Below the pieces are notes generated by a model, which saw nothing but the letters and a program-made list of their open reading frames with translations, was not told the DNA's origin and did no database searches. Of a stretch of DNA of 64,000 nucleotides, positions 11,706 through 23,755 are shown piece after piece. Where the stretch lies: contig NC_043011.1 of the NCBI RefSeq assembly GCF_006345805.1, positions 14,706,464 through 14,770,463 of the forward strand, written 5' to 3'. Position 1 is the stretch's first letter; every line of letters begins with the position of its first letter. The translations under genes and the position numbers were made by a program. This stretch comes from Octopus sinensis. Lineage: Eukaryota.

Positions 11706-12674
11706 ATGTATGTATGAAAATGTCTGTATTGCTCCGGAGCGAGCGATTAGCATCTTCAGCGACAAAGTGACAAGGTAAGATAGACAACTCCCAGTCTTGG
11801 TATACCCGATAATATTATTTCCCAAGGGACGCTTCTTACCTTCTCTAGCGCAACATTTTTTTTCAGACAAGTCTATTGCACAGAATCGATATTAATATTT
11901 GTTTTCGATCAAACCAATAACTCAATGCTTTCTGGCTTGATGACAAAGCGCAACTTAGAAATTCTTAAGAAAATTAAATTTTGGTAAAACTTCAGTTTCA
12001 CCAACTGGGAACCAGCTGCCATAAGCAATCAGTGATTGCATTTTCATAATTAGATTCGACCAAGATAATGAAATCTACTTACCATATTCCACTGGGAATA
12101 TCCTCGGTGATATTCCTATTGGAATATCGTAAGCTTCTGTATATTTTAGCGAAAACACAGCTGCGCTTCCGTCAAACCAAACACTGCCAATTGAACTGAA
12201 CAATCAATATTACCAAATATCTTGGAAAAGACGAGTGAAAGTTGTTAACAAGTTTAAAGGCTTTATGTGTTTTATATCTTATATTTTTAGATCTATATAT
12301 AAATATTTAAATAGGAATATCGCTTTTGGTAAAATAATGTGTTCATAACACCTGGGGGTGAAGTATTGCTTAGACTTTATCGAAATAACACCGACATAAA
12401 GCTGAAATATTAGTGACTGCTAGACTGGAAATATTTCAAAAGAGAACATCAATTGAATATTTTCATCATTACCTGAGCATTGCTTCAATAATTATGTTGG
12501 TTGAGAGTGAGTACTACCCACTAGCTTTTGAGGTTTACAAAATTAATAATCATTATTGTTGAGATTCTTTCACCCTAAGTCAGCTGTGTTCAAGGAGACC
12601 TACGGTCAACTGCGCACCATTTCTGACTATCGTACCTTATATTTCAGTGTTTCTTGGACATTATCTAAAATAAT

Positions 12675-13020
12675 TTTTACTCTCTCTTTTACTTGTTTCA
12701 GTCATTTGACTGCGGCCATGCTGGAGCACCACCTTTGATCGAGAAACTCGACCCCGAGCAACTTGCTGAACCGCCAAATGACGGGGACATAAACACACCA
12801 GCATCGGTTGTCAAGCAATGCTAGGGGGACAAACACAAACATACACGCACACATATATATGCATATATACGACGGGTTTCTTTCAGTTTCCACTCACAAG
12901 GCTTTGGTCGGCCCGAGGCTATAGTAGGTAACACTTGCCCACGGTGCCACGCAGTGGGACTGAACCCGGAACCATGTGGTTGATAAAAAAGCTACTTACC
13001 ACACAGCCACTCCTGCGCCT
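12675..13020 (-). mobile_element. SINE family B, internally deleted
   Basis: head and tail present, two internal blocks missing relative to 9629-10026. Confidence 0.8.
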
Positions 13021-13604
13021 ATTTTTTTTTTAAGACAATAAGATGTGTTTTTTTTTTAAGACAGTAAGATGTGATTTGAGGGAGATCCCGCTGCAATGTC
13101 TCGCAGGTCAGGCGAGTAGTTTGAAGTTTCGTAGATTGTTTATTGTCGGCAGTAAGATCACTTTTGTCAACAATGTCGTTATCAAATGAAACTAGTGGTT
13201 TTATAACAGAATTAGAGGTTTTATGAATGTCAGTACTGCCGTTATCAAAGTGTTATTAGTGACTTTAGAACTGTGTTACTGAAGCAATAATATCAGTAAT
13301 GTCTAGCTGCGTTACTGCTAGGGTTACAACAGTGTTACGATGTCTTTATCAGAATGTAATGTCATTAAGATGCTTATGATAAGGATATTACACTGATATA
13401 TTTAAATATCCTTTCATTGTCAATAAGTTTTACATAATCCTGTAAGATTTGCTCATAGATATTTACATACTTGCATTAATTATTGAGAAGAGGAGGAGTC
13501 ACGTGCTTACAACTGAGTAGACACCGCTAAAGTTATACACGGAGCAGATGGGTAAGTTAAACTGGGTGACAAATAGAGTCTACTCACAAAAGAGGGACAT
13601 AGTC

Positions 13605-14038
13605 GGATCTTTTCGGATTGAACGGTAGTTTTTTCTAGCAGTGTCATATGAAATTGTCACCCATAATTATGACCCTAGTATCGATCTATTGCATTTCAAT
13701 CTGTTTTAGGCTTAGGGTTAGTTAGGGTTAGGGTTAGGGGTGGGGGAAGGGTATCTTTTTTTCTTCACAAATGTAAATAAACCCAATCTGTTTCTTAAAC
13801 GAGGGACATATTCATACGGCACAGAATGCTTTTTAACTCAATAGACGTCACTGATTGGTTGAAATTGCAGAAATTGAAGAAAAAAAAACAACAAATAATC
13901 TTATAAACTATAGAATTTTCTCAATAAAGCCAAGAGAAAAAGATGTTTTATAAACACATTCTACCAGTATACGAAGTTTAAAATTTTTTAGTTACCTAGA
14001 AATTATGTTAAAAACTACCGTTCAAACGGAAAAGATCC
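13605..14038 (+). mobile_element. MITE (Merlin-like) with internal TTAGGG tract, copy 1
   Basis: TIR GGATCTTTTCGGATTGAACGGTAGTTTT / AAAACTACCGTTCAAACGGAAAAGATCC; flanks ACATAGTC / ACATTGTC (8 bp, 1 mismatch). Confidence 0.85.
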
Positions 14039-15445
14039 ACATTGTCTACCTGACAAACTTTGTAACAACTTCTTTCTACATAATTCCGCTTAAAAGGCTT
14101 TGGTTGGTCCGTGTATACTTGTATATGTCCGTGCAGTGGAGTCGAACATTGAAGCACTTGAATGTGAAACGAACTTTCCAATGACACCAAAGCGCTATGC
14201 TTGCGTTCAATATCTTACGTAGGCACGCTGACTAGAATATTACGCAGAATCATGTGAGAAGTTGCGACGTACCAGAATTTCTCAAGAGCATGATTAATGT
14301 AAGAAAATAGATATCGGATCTTGCAGACTTATTTTATCGATAACGTATTTCTACGAAGAAGAATATTCTCTTTTCTACTACGAGTAAATTATTACAATGA
14401 AATGACGACAAGAAAGCATTATAGTCACTTAGTTAAAGAAAAAATGGTAATAAATCTTCAATGAAACAATGTCTCTTTGGCAGTTGTTGGAGATTGAATT
14501 ATTTTCTCTTGTCATCTTATTCCTTATTGATTTTTTTTTATAGTGGCTCAAAGCTACAATCTATAAAGGAGAGATATGGTCTATTGGATCGATTCCAGTA
14601 TTTGCCCGTTACGTTGTTTTTTCATTGAAGCAGAGGATTGATAAAATGGAAGTTGGTACTAGAATGGCTCGAACTTTCGATGTGGAGATGCTATGCTGTA
14701 TACTGTATCCGTATGCGAAAGGTTTTATCAAGAAAAGTAAACCTGTATAACGAGCTTAAATTTGATCAACGAACTCGAAGTAGATTATACAATCATGTAA
14801 GTTACTCGGAGTTCATTCACACAGCGAGCTGAAATTTGAACAACCACGAACAGACTACACACGTGTATAATTGACGGGGAGTCCGTTCACATAGCTAAAG
14901 TCGTTCTTGTGATTAGATCATTTTTGTTTTCCTTTCACAATGTAGGATTCCATTTTACAATATGTTACCTTTTTAAATACAGTATGTAATGCAATTGAAG
15001 GAGATTTAGTTGCTATTTCTAACACTTTGAATTACTTCAGAAAGACTTCTTTGTTGACTCGAATGCATATTTTGAAAGCAATTCCTGTTCACTTATCGTG
15101 CTCTACTCATACAACTATATAGAAAACGAGTTTATAAGGCTATAACATTAACGACCGTTTTGATTAGTGAGTCAAATAACAAATTAAAACAATATATACT
15201 TATATAGAACACAGTATAATTCACATATCCTGAAACATGCATAATGTAAGTGACTCCACAGTTATTGGCGATTTTAGCGCGTTAAATTCTTACCGTCTAA
15301 CTTGGTTTTAATAACAACCTTGGATATAGTTGTTAGAGAATTGATACAATGATGATGAAGTAAAGAAGAGGCAAAGAAATATAATGGTGGAGACAGTCAC
15401 AAGTAGGGAGGACAAGAAACAAAAGGCGTGAATAAGATATGTATA

Positions 15446-15863
15446 TATTTCTTTACTACCCACAAGGGGCTAAACACAGAGGGGACAAACAAGGACAGAC
15501 AAACGGATTAAGTCGATTACATCGACCCCAGTGTGTAACTGGTACTTAATTTATCGACCCCGAAAGGATGAAAGGCAAAGTCGATCTCGGCGGAATTTGA
15601 ACTCAGAAGGTAGCGGCAGACGAAATACCTATTTCTTTTACTACCCAGAAGGGGCTAAACACAGAGAGGACAAACAAGGACAGACAAACGGATTAAGTCG
15701 ATTACATCGACCCCAGTGCGTAACTGGTACTTAATTTATCGACCCCGAAAGGATGAAAGGCAAAGTCGACTTCGGCGGAATTTGAACTCGGAACGTAACG
15801 ACAGACGAAATACGGCTACGCATTTCGCCCGGCGTGCTAACGTTTCTGGCAGCTCGCCGCCTT
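15446..15863 (-). mobile_element. SINE family A partial-tandem dimer
   Basis: two body units, junction GACGAAATACCTATTTC at ~15620. Confidence 0.85.
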
Positions 15864-16426
15864 GAATAATATATGTATAGTTAAGGTAACGAGGACTGAA
15901 GCAACTTACAAAACAATATGATTCAGCCTTTATGGTGGCTAGATTCTGTGATGATGCATTTAAGGTATTGATTGGGTTTAAACGTTAAGGGCCTCACTAA
16001 AGATTTCTTTAGAATAGTAGAATCCAATTTCCCACGTAACCATAAGTACCATTCTATCTTTAACAGATCTGCTTTGAAATTATCCTATTTATCTACACCA
16101 AATGTAGAATCTATTATCACCTCATCTTACAAACGTAAACTTAGCTCTAACTATCTAAATGCATACAACCCTATCCTAGACATACACAACGAAAACTCTA
16201 ACACCGATCGCAATAGCATATCTAACACCCCTGGCCCGGCCACTTTAAACAACTTAAACATACATAATATAATCCCACCACTGAGAGTGATGGGCACAAA
16301 CCTGAAACCGACGCAAACACTAATAGGCACACTGATACTATATTATAACCGCTATAACTAATAATACATATGCTTCAACTACTGATAGGTGTAGTAGAAA
16401 TATTAATACTAACGCCAACAGTAATA

Positions 16427-16647
16427 CTGGCAGAAACGTTAGCACGCCGGGCGAAATGCTTAGCGGTATTTCGTCTGCGTTACGTTCTGAGTTCAAATTC
16501 CACCGAGGTCGACTTTGCCTTTCATCCTTTCGGGGTCGATAAATTAAGTACCAGTTACGCACTAGGGTCGATGTAATCGACTTAATACCTATGTCTGTCC
16601 TTGTTTGTCCCCTCTGTGTTTAGCCCCTTGTGGGTAATAAAGAAATA
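16427..16647 (+). mobile_element. 5'-truncated SINE family A inserted in the PLE
   Basis: family A body and tail; flanking GTAATACT duplication. Confidence 0.8.
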
Positions 16648-16744
16648 GGTAATACTATCATTACTGAAAACCGGACTATTATTAACACTCCTACTACAAA
16701 CGCAACTATTAATAGGCACAATAATAACATCATTAATACCACTT

Positions 16745-16834
16745 CCTCTACCACTGCTAATACTAACACTACTACTAATGATACCACTACTGCTGCTGCT
16801 ACTACTGCAGCTGCAACATCTGCTGCTGCTGCTG

Positions 16835-16873
<39 letters not shown>

Positions 16874-16990
16874 GTAATGATAATAATAATTACAATAGCA
16901 ACGTCGATAATGATAATGACGATAATAATAATAATGGTAACGCTGACGTTGATATCGACACTGGAAACGACAGCAATAATAACAGCAATA
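16745..16990. repeat. (ACT)n/(GCT)n/(AAT)n compound tract
   Basis: direct reading. Confidence 0.9.
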
Positions 16991-17731
16991 TCACGATCGA
17001 TTCACCTAATATCACCCTAGCCACTACCAGCCCTACCTCATCTCTCTCTCTCTCCAATTAACCATCAGAGAATCAATAACTGCAACTGCAGATCCAGGAC
17101 AGATTGTCCGCTGCAAGATTCAACGTCATATACCGAAGCACCGTTCACCACATGGTAAATAACTCCTGTAGCTACTACATTGGATCCAGCACCACTTTTT
17201 AAACTAAGGTATTATGCACATTTAAACTCGTTTAAATATAAGGAGAATAGCAATTCCAGATCACTAGCCAGTCACATTCACCATCTAATTAATTGAAAAA
17301 TACCTGGGCTATAATAGACTTAGGTACCCTATATCAGGGCCAACACTCCAATTGAGGACGTTGCTTAAAAGAAGCTCTCAAAATTCTAACCCACAAGTCA
17401 CCACAATTACTTAATAAATACAACTACGTGTAAGCACATTTTTCCGCACTTTTCATTTCTTTCATAAATCTAAATGTAAGCTCACTCCTCACTAATAGCA
17501 CCCACATACAAACCGCCTATGATCATTAACACATACCTCTTCTATATCTCTATAACTCTAATTTCTACTTTATGTCTTACCCCTCTTCTCTTCTATCTAC
17601 CTTACCTCATCACACTACGAGATAAATATCATTTCTTTCCGAGCGTCAGACTAATACACCTGCTTGTTGTTTATACACCTGTTTTCGTCTTTTGTTTTTC
17701 AGTAAATTTAAACTATATATGTATGTGTATG

Positions 17732-17788
<57 letters not shown>

Positions 17789-17790
17789 TG

Positions 17791-17827
<37 letters not shown>

Positions 17828-17992
17828 ATTAAAAGGGCAGGCAACAGGTTGCCTGCCCTTTTAATTATATTTACTATATATACTAAACTCTACAGGACTT
17901 CCTGACGCTAAAAGTCATATTTACATACCGAAATTTACCGGTAAATATTTGTTGGTTGTCTAAAAAATCACGGAAGAATTATTTACCCTTTT

Positions 17993-18027
<35 letters not shown>

Positions 18028-18030
<3 letters not shown>

Positions 18031-18410
18031 GGTGCATAAGATATTTGAGGACAAATTTATGTTTATAAAATAGCAGATATATAAAAAAACAGATAACTTT
18101 ATCAAAAAATGCTTTGATGATTTCAGAGCGCTTAGAATGCTTTTTATGCTTTAATACTGGTGATACGTTTTCATCTTCAGTCCTCCTTACAAACTTTCTA
18201 GACGAAAGATCTGGCAACTTTTGAGAATCGAAATATTTCTAAATCGCTATGCTCAGCCTTCATAACCACAATAACAGCATTACTCTTCATTTCTTGAGAA
18301 AGCTGAGGGTCTGACATTGTTATTTTCTGAAACAGAGATTATACAGTGTTAGCAAAAAATGTAGCAATGACCCCAAAAAATGTATGTCCTCAAATACCTT
18401 ACACACCCTG
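18028..18410 (-). mobile_element. internally deleted Tc1/mariner (IS630-Tc1-mariner) element
   Basis: TIR CAGGGTGCATAAGATATTTGAGGACA / TGTCCTCAAATACCTTACACACCCTG (3 mismatches), TA flanks; minus-strand MSDPQLSQEMKSNAVIVVMKAEHSDLEI resembles a transposase HTH N-terminus. Confidence 0.8.
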
Positions 18411-18417
18411 TATATAT

Positions 18418-18558
18418 AAACTGTCCGACGAATGGGAACGTGAGACTGAGTAACAGCTTTTGTTATATTTCTGCTGCTTTTAAATAAAGCATATTACTCT
18501 ACTTCTGGTATTTGAGTACTCTTTTTTCCCCCTTGTTTCACATTTATGTGCTTACTCC

Positions 18559-18560
<2 letters not shown>
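18418..18560 (+). mobile_element. solo PLE terminal module (HHR-A family) with decayed hammerhead
   Basis: diverged reverse complement of 40127-40270; CTGT-CCGACGA-ATG(GGAA)CGT-GAGA-CTGAG-TA-ACAG; ends in (TA)n. Confidence 0.7.
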
Positions 18561-18646
<86 letters not shown>

Positions 18647-18972
18647 GTTATCCGTAATAATGAAGGGTGAAATTAATTAATTTGGAATAATTATCAATTA
18701 CACCAAGTAGTCTTCGGCATGTAAAAGCCTCATTCGAGGAAAATTTAAGTAATACTAAGCATAAAGGGTTTAGCAACGAATTGCCTTACCACATACCGAA
18801 TTTAGAAATAGCAGTCAAAGAGTTATAGCTATTTCTTCTACTAAAAGGGAGATCTCAGTAAAAACAGCAATTGCTGTTTTTACTGAGATCTCCCTTTTTA
18901 GTAGAAGAAATAGCTATAACTCTTTGACTGCTATTTCTAAATTCGGTATGTGGTAAGGCAATTCGTTGCTTA

Positions 18973-18976
<4 letters not shown>
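18647..18976. repeat. fold-back element with a ~225 bp spacer-less palindrome
   Basis: 18772-18870 is the reverse complement of 18871-18970 (one 1-nt indel), centre CAA|TTG; arms extend to 18752/18976 across a 14-nt gap; (TA)n both sides. Confidence 0.9.
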
Positions 18977-19054
<78 letters not shown>

Positions 19055-19983
19055 TGTGTGTGTTGTGTGTGTGTGTGTGTGCGTATGCATAATTACATAC
19101 ATGCATGTGCACGCACGCATACACACAAATACAGACACGTACACACACACAGACAATCACACACGCGCACACACATTCTGAGTGACAGATTTTGTAAGTA
19201 GTTTAATACCTGATGAATGAGAAACAATCGGAAGTGTGCGTGAAAGCTGTTGGAAATATCTACTTTCGTGTGAACTCGTTATCTTGACAACTGTAGTTAT
19301 TAGCCCATTGACTTTTAACTTGTTAAAACGTTATTATACTCAGCTGGGAGCACACCTAATTCATCACAACTGCTCACCTACATAGATGCAGACTATTACT
19401 GCGCACTGTTACCTTCTCAGTTCTATACCAGCATTTGTTACTAAACAATTATCGATTCTTCCCAGTTCTTTACATACAACTACAGCTTACCCCTTGATGT
19501 CTATTGATAGCGACCGATATCGCCATATATCGCCATATATCGCAAATGCCTCCCATTGCTTCAAAATGTATTTGGAAATGTATTTACATTCCTTTCATCC
19601 TTGAAAAACAGGAAATACCTGCTTGCAGTATATGATAAATGTTTAAGATTATGTTCCCCAAAATATATTTATTGATTATAAGAAAAGTAGTTGCACTTAT
19701 TGACTAGATCAGTGGTTCCCAGCATTTTCACAGTGGTTCCCAATCCTTCTATTTAAATGAGTTTTTCACGGACTCCTTTTGATACGCTTATCGTAGTTTG
19801 GACTTGGGTGCCCTCTCTAGCATGTAAGGCGTCCTGTAAAGGGTCACCTCTCTGTGTATAAATACTATACACGTTTATATATGAATATATGTTGTCTATT
19901 GACTTTTATTGTACATGCTAACCACCGCTATGAAAATTTTTCTAAATTTTCTGCCCTTGTAATTTTCACATACATACATATAT

Positions 19984-20014
<31 letters not shown>

Positions 20015-20074
20015 TACATACATACATACATACATACATACATACATACATACATACATACATAATACATACAT

Positions 20075-20283
20075 ACTCTTTTATTTGTTTGACTGTGGCC
20101 AAGCTGGAGCACCGCCTTTAGTCGAGCAAATCAACCCCTGGACTTTTTCTTCGTAAGCCTGGTACTTATTCTATCGGTCTCTTTTGTCGAACCGCTAGGT
20201 TACGGGGACGTAAACACACCAGCATCGGTTGTCAAGCGATGTTAGGGGAAGAAACACACACACACACACACAAACATATACAC

Positions 20284-20336
<53 letters not shown>

Positions 20337-20509
20337 CATATATATATATATATACACAAATATACGGCTGGCTTTTTTCAGATTCCATCTACCAAATCCA
20401 CTCACAAGACTTTGGTCGGCCCGAGGCTATAGTAGAAGACACTTGCCCAAAGTGCCACACAGTGGGACTGAACTCGGAACCATGTGGTTCGTAAGCAACT
20501 CCTACGCCT
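20075..20509 (-). mobile_element. SINE family B with internal (TACA)n
   Basis: family B head and tail. Confidence 0.85.
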
Positions 20510-20529
20510 ATATATATGTATATATATAT

Positions 20530-22960
20530 AAAGAAACCTTTGAGATTGATCCAAAAGTAAGGCTTATTTGCCCTTGTAAATCAGACCTAAGAAAACTCGG
20601 CAAAAATTATTATAGATAAATATCTACACTCACTTAAATCAAAAATAAAACTTATCTTTTGGTCCACAATGCTAGATGCAATAAACTGGTTTACCAACAT
20701 ACACGAGAAGAAGAAATGCAAATTCATTTAACTGGACATTAATGACTATTGCTAGTCAATTAACCTAATATTATTAAATATGGTTCTAATTTTCGCCAAG
20801 AGCAGAACTAGCTTATCCAGGAAAGAAATTAAAATTATACTCGCAGGTAGGAAGAATATTACACGAAGGAAAATAATTGACTAGGAAAGATACACCTGAA
20901 TGCTTCGGTATACCGATGGGTGCGCAAAATTCCGCCGAAGTAACCGATTTAGTTGGAATGAACCTATTGCACAAATTTAAGGAAGAATTCCCAAAATTCG
21001 AAGATGAATTATACCGGGACGACGCCCTAATCTTAGCAGGAACACCTCAAATAGAAAATTAGAACTCTACAAACAAAGACTAAAAGCATTTTTCTAAAAA
21101 CCAAGGGCTCTCTGTTTCCATGGAAAAAGATAACTCTGTTAACTTCATCGACGTTAACTTCAACCTTAATACTTCTACCTACCAGCCTTACCATAAACCT
21201 AACACCAATATTACATACATAAATGCGCACAGCACCCATCCACAGAACATTATAGAAAACTTGACCGCTAACATAGAGAGAAGAATAAATTTACTATCAT
21301 CTAACGAAGAAATATTTAATAAACATAAGGACTATTATAACTTTGCTCTTAAGACGGCAGGATATAAATATGAAATTATGTATAACAAAACGACAACACT
21401 AGTATAAATCATATTAAACATAATAACAAAAATAATAAAGTTAAAATTAGTGAATCTAATACATATAATAAAATAGTATATCCTAATAAACAAATAACGA
21501 AAACTCCCAATAATAGTCATAAGCATAACATCAACAATAAACATGAACATCATCATTATAATAACTATACAAAAAAAACTCAATCATTACTAGCATCACA
21601 ACAGAAATAAAACTCTGAAAAAGAATATAAATCTTAATAATTACCACCTTCCTAACCCCACTCATGTAAACAAACTTACAAATAGTGGCAACATACGCCA
21701 TAACTGTGTAATTTAAGATAAAAGTAGCAAAAAGCAGAAAAAACAGGAATAATCAAAATAAGACAATTTACTATAATGATATGAATAACCATAATACTCT
21801 AATTAGTAAGAATAGGAACAACATAGAAAAAACAGAAATCTATACCATGTTTGAAAAGATTTCACTCTCTGAATACAGCCCAATTCTTTACCAAAGCATA
21901 CAACGAGAAAGCCATTTGGATAATAATTCCCTTTGCAAAACACTTAAAATCGAACATTATTAGATCCATTAGAATGATTATTAATAAAAACTTCAAAAAC
22001 ACCAAATATACAAAAATATTTAATAATAAACATATTAGATTTGGATATTCAGTTTTTCCTAATCTTTTTAGGATAATATCTTCGTTTAACAATAAGAAAC
22101 TAGATCAACTCTATCAAAACAAAAATACTAAAACTGAACCTAGAACCTCCAATAGTATTAATGAAAAACTATATAATACTACAATTAACAATATCAATAC
22201 TAATAATAACCATAATTCTTATAACTCAACAAAATATACATATAACACTACACCACCCACAGATCCAGTTGCAATTCCAGAGACCTAATGCTTGTAAATT
22301 AGAAAATATTGTAAAAAGAAAGACGTTGTACACAAGGCAACAATTATAATGCGGGATTCATCGAGATATATAGGTTGCACTCAAAACTGGGTTAAATCGC
22401 GAATTTCGATCCACGAATCCACCTTTAGGGACCATAGAAAAGAGAACAGTACCGGACTATAAAAAAAAAATGATACCTCAAAAGAAACAATATTAATTTC
22501 TCAATTTCTGGAAAATTCTATCTTTGGCCCCTTCTTACAGAAATAACTAACATTTGTAGATTATGTCTAGAAGAAAGCTATACTATAATGAGAATGAATG
22601 GAAACCTAGTTAATACGAGGGATGAAAGCATTTCTCATGTAAACACGTGACCAAATTCCTATTCATTAATCTACAATAACTATTTACTACATTATTTCTT
22701 AGTTTGATACTTTAAAAAAATCCACGTTATATTCTCCCTTATTACTCAATATAGAACCTTATCCAATCACCATTGTATTACTATAACATAAATTCTCCTT
22801 ATATACTTTATTTAAATATTTCCTTTATAGCTGAAGAAACTTCTATATATAAGGGCATTATGAAAACTATGTCTCTATACTTCCTTATACGCTTGGATAT
22901 GTATACACCTCTTAAAGGGGTGATTACATCCAAGAAACAAAATACCCTAAATCAATAGAT
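20530..22960 (+). mobile_element. decayed Penelope-like retroelement (RT, thumb, linker, GIY-YIG EN)
   Basis: DPKVRLICPCKSD, GIPMGAQNSAEVTDLVG, LYRDD, NFIDVNFNLNTSTYQPYHKPN, YIGCT, CRLCLEE in frameshifted pieces. Confidence 0.85.
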
Positions 22961-23042
22961 ATATATTATGCATATAATCCAAATTCAATTAAGAGGAGAA
23001 AATGAAGAGTTAATAATTAGTTTATTAATAAATTTATAATCA

Positions 23043-23118
23043 TTCCTACAATTATTTCGTTTTGTACTCAGTCAATAAATTTGCATTTATAGGTTGTGAG
23101 CAAGATGTCATCAGGGAA
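23043..23118 (-). ncRNA. type-I hammerhead motif with long stem II
   Basis: minus strand: TTCC-CTGATGA-[stem II TGCTCA/TGAGTA capped by ATAAAT(GCAA)ATTTAT]-GAAA-TAATTG-TA-GGAA; C.C mismatch at the base of stem II. Confidence 0.6.
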
Positions 23119-23189
23119 ATATTAGATATTAAAAGATTACATGTTGAACAGTACATGTTCTTTCTAGCATATATATATATATATATATA

Positions 23190-23243
<54 letters not shown>

Positions 23244-23396
23244 TGTGTGTGTGTGTGTGTGTGCGTGTGCGTGTTTACGTGTGTGTATACATATACATAT
23301 ATGAAGATATTTCCTCCCTCTGGCTGATTTTCTCTCTACAAAACGGAAAATTACATTGCGGAACAGTCATTTTAACAAGTTGCATTTATTTTTTAT

Positions 23397-23498
23397 CACC
23401 CGACGAGATACATCTGCACTACCGGATACTCCTGAACCAGTTGTTGAGTATGCCACCCAAGAGGAATCCGTGCTAGATGTATCGAAACATTGTCATTA
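23397..23498 (+). ncRNA. decayed hammerhead with very stable long stem II
   Basis: CCGACGA (U4C) 23400-23406, GATACATCT/AGATGTATC 9 bp plus GCAC/GTGC, GAAA 23484-23487, CATTG, GTC triplet; stem I broken. Confidence 0.5.
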
Positions 23499-23538
23499 AT
23501 AATAAATTCTCGTATATTCCACCTCTTATCTTTCATTT

Positions 23539-23539
<1 letters not shown>

Positions 23540-23603
<64 letters not shown>

Positions 23604-23612
23604 CTTGATTGA
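23540..23612. repeat. (GATA)n/(TTGA)n microsatellite
   Basis: direct reading. Confidence 0.9.
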
Positions 23613-23669
23613 TTGATTGATAAATTAAGAAATGGAGTCAAACGCAGGTGTTAATCAAATCATTTGTAC

Positions 23670-23755
23670 TTCCAACATATGTTTCGAAAAAGGCATTGAG
23701 ATTACTCCGGAGGGAATAAAATGATGTAAAACAATGCAATCATCTCGTCAGGGAA
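23670..23755 (-). ncRNA. type-I hammerhead ribozyme, core intact
   Basis: minus strand: TTCC-CTGACGA-G...C-GAAA-CATATG-TT-GGAA; palindromic ACATATGT stem III; GCATTG/CAATGC in stem II. Confidence 0.65.

Larger units (their letters stand above)
15890..17715 (+). mobile_element. decayed Penelope-like element (linker + GIY-YIG EN + 3' tail), split by a SINE and trinucleotide tracts
   Basis: KDFFRIVESNFPRNHKYHSIFNRSALKLSY (ORF 15972-16361); CNCRSRTDCPLQ, YYIGS and FKLRYYAHLNSFKYKENS at ~17075-17300; tail 17630-17715 resembles the HHR module 3' end. Confidence 0.75.

Noticed and set aside
19210-19235. CTGATGA-ATGA-GAAA-CAATCG minimal HHR-like string
   Set aside because: No U16.1, no stem I or II
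19706-19745. CAGTGGTTCCCA hAT-like terminus (twice)
   Set aside because: No matching opposite TIR or TSD seen
22824-22872. CTGAAGA...GAAA at the 3' end of the PLE
   Set aside because: Position fits but stems do not pair; counted only as a decayed remnant
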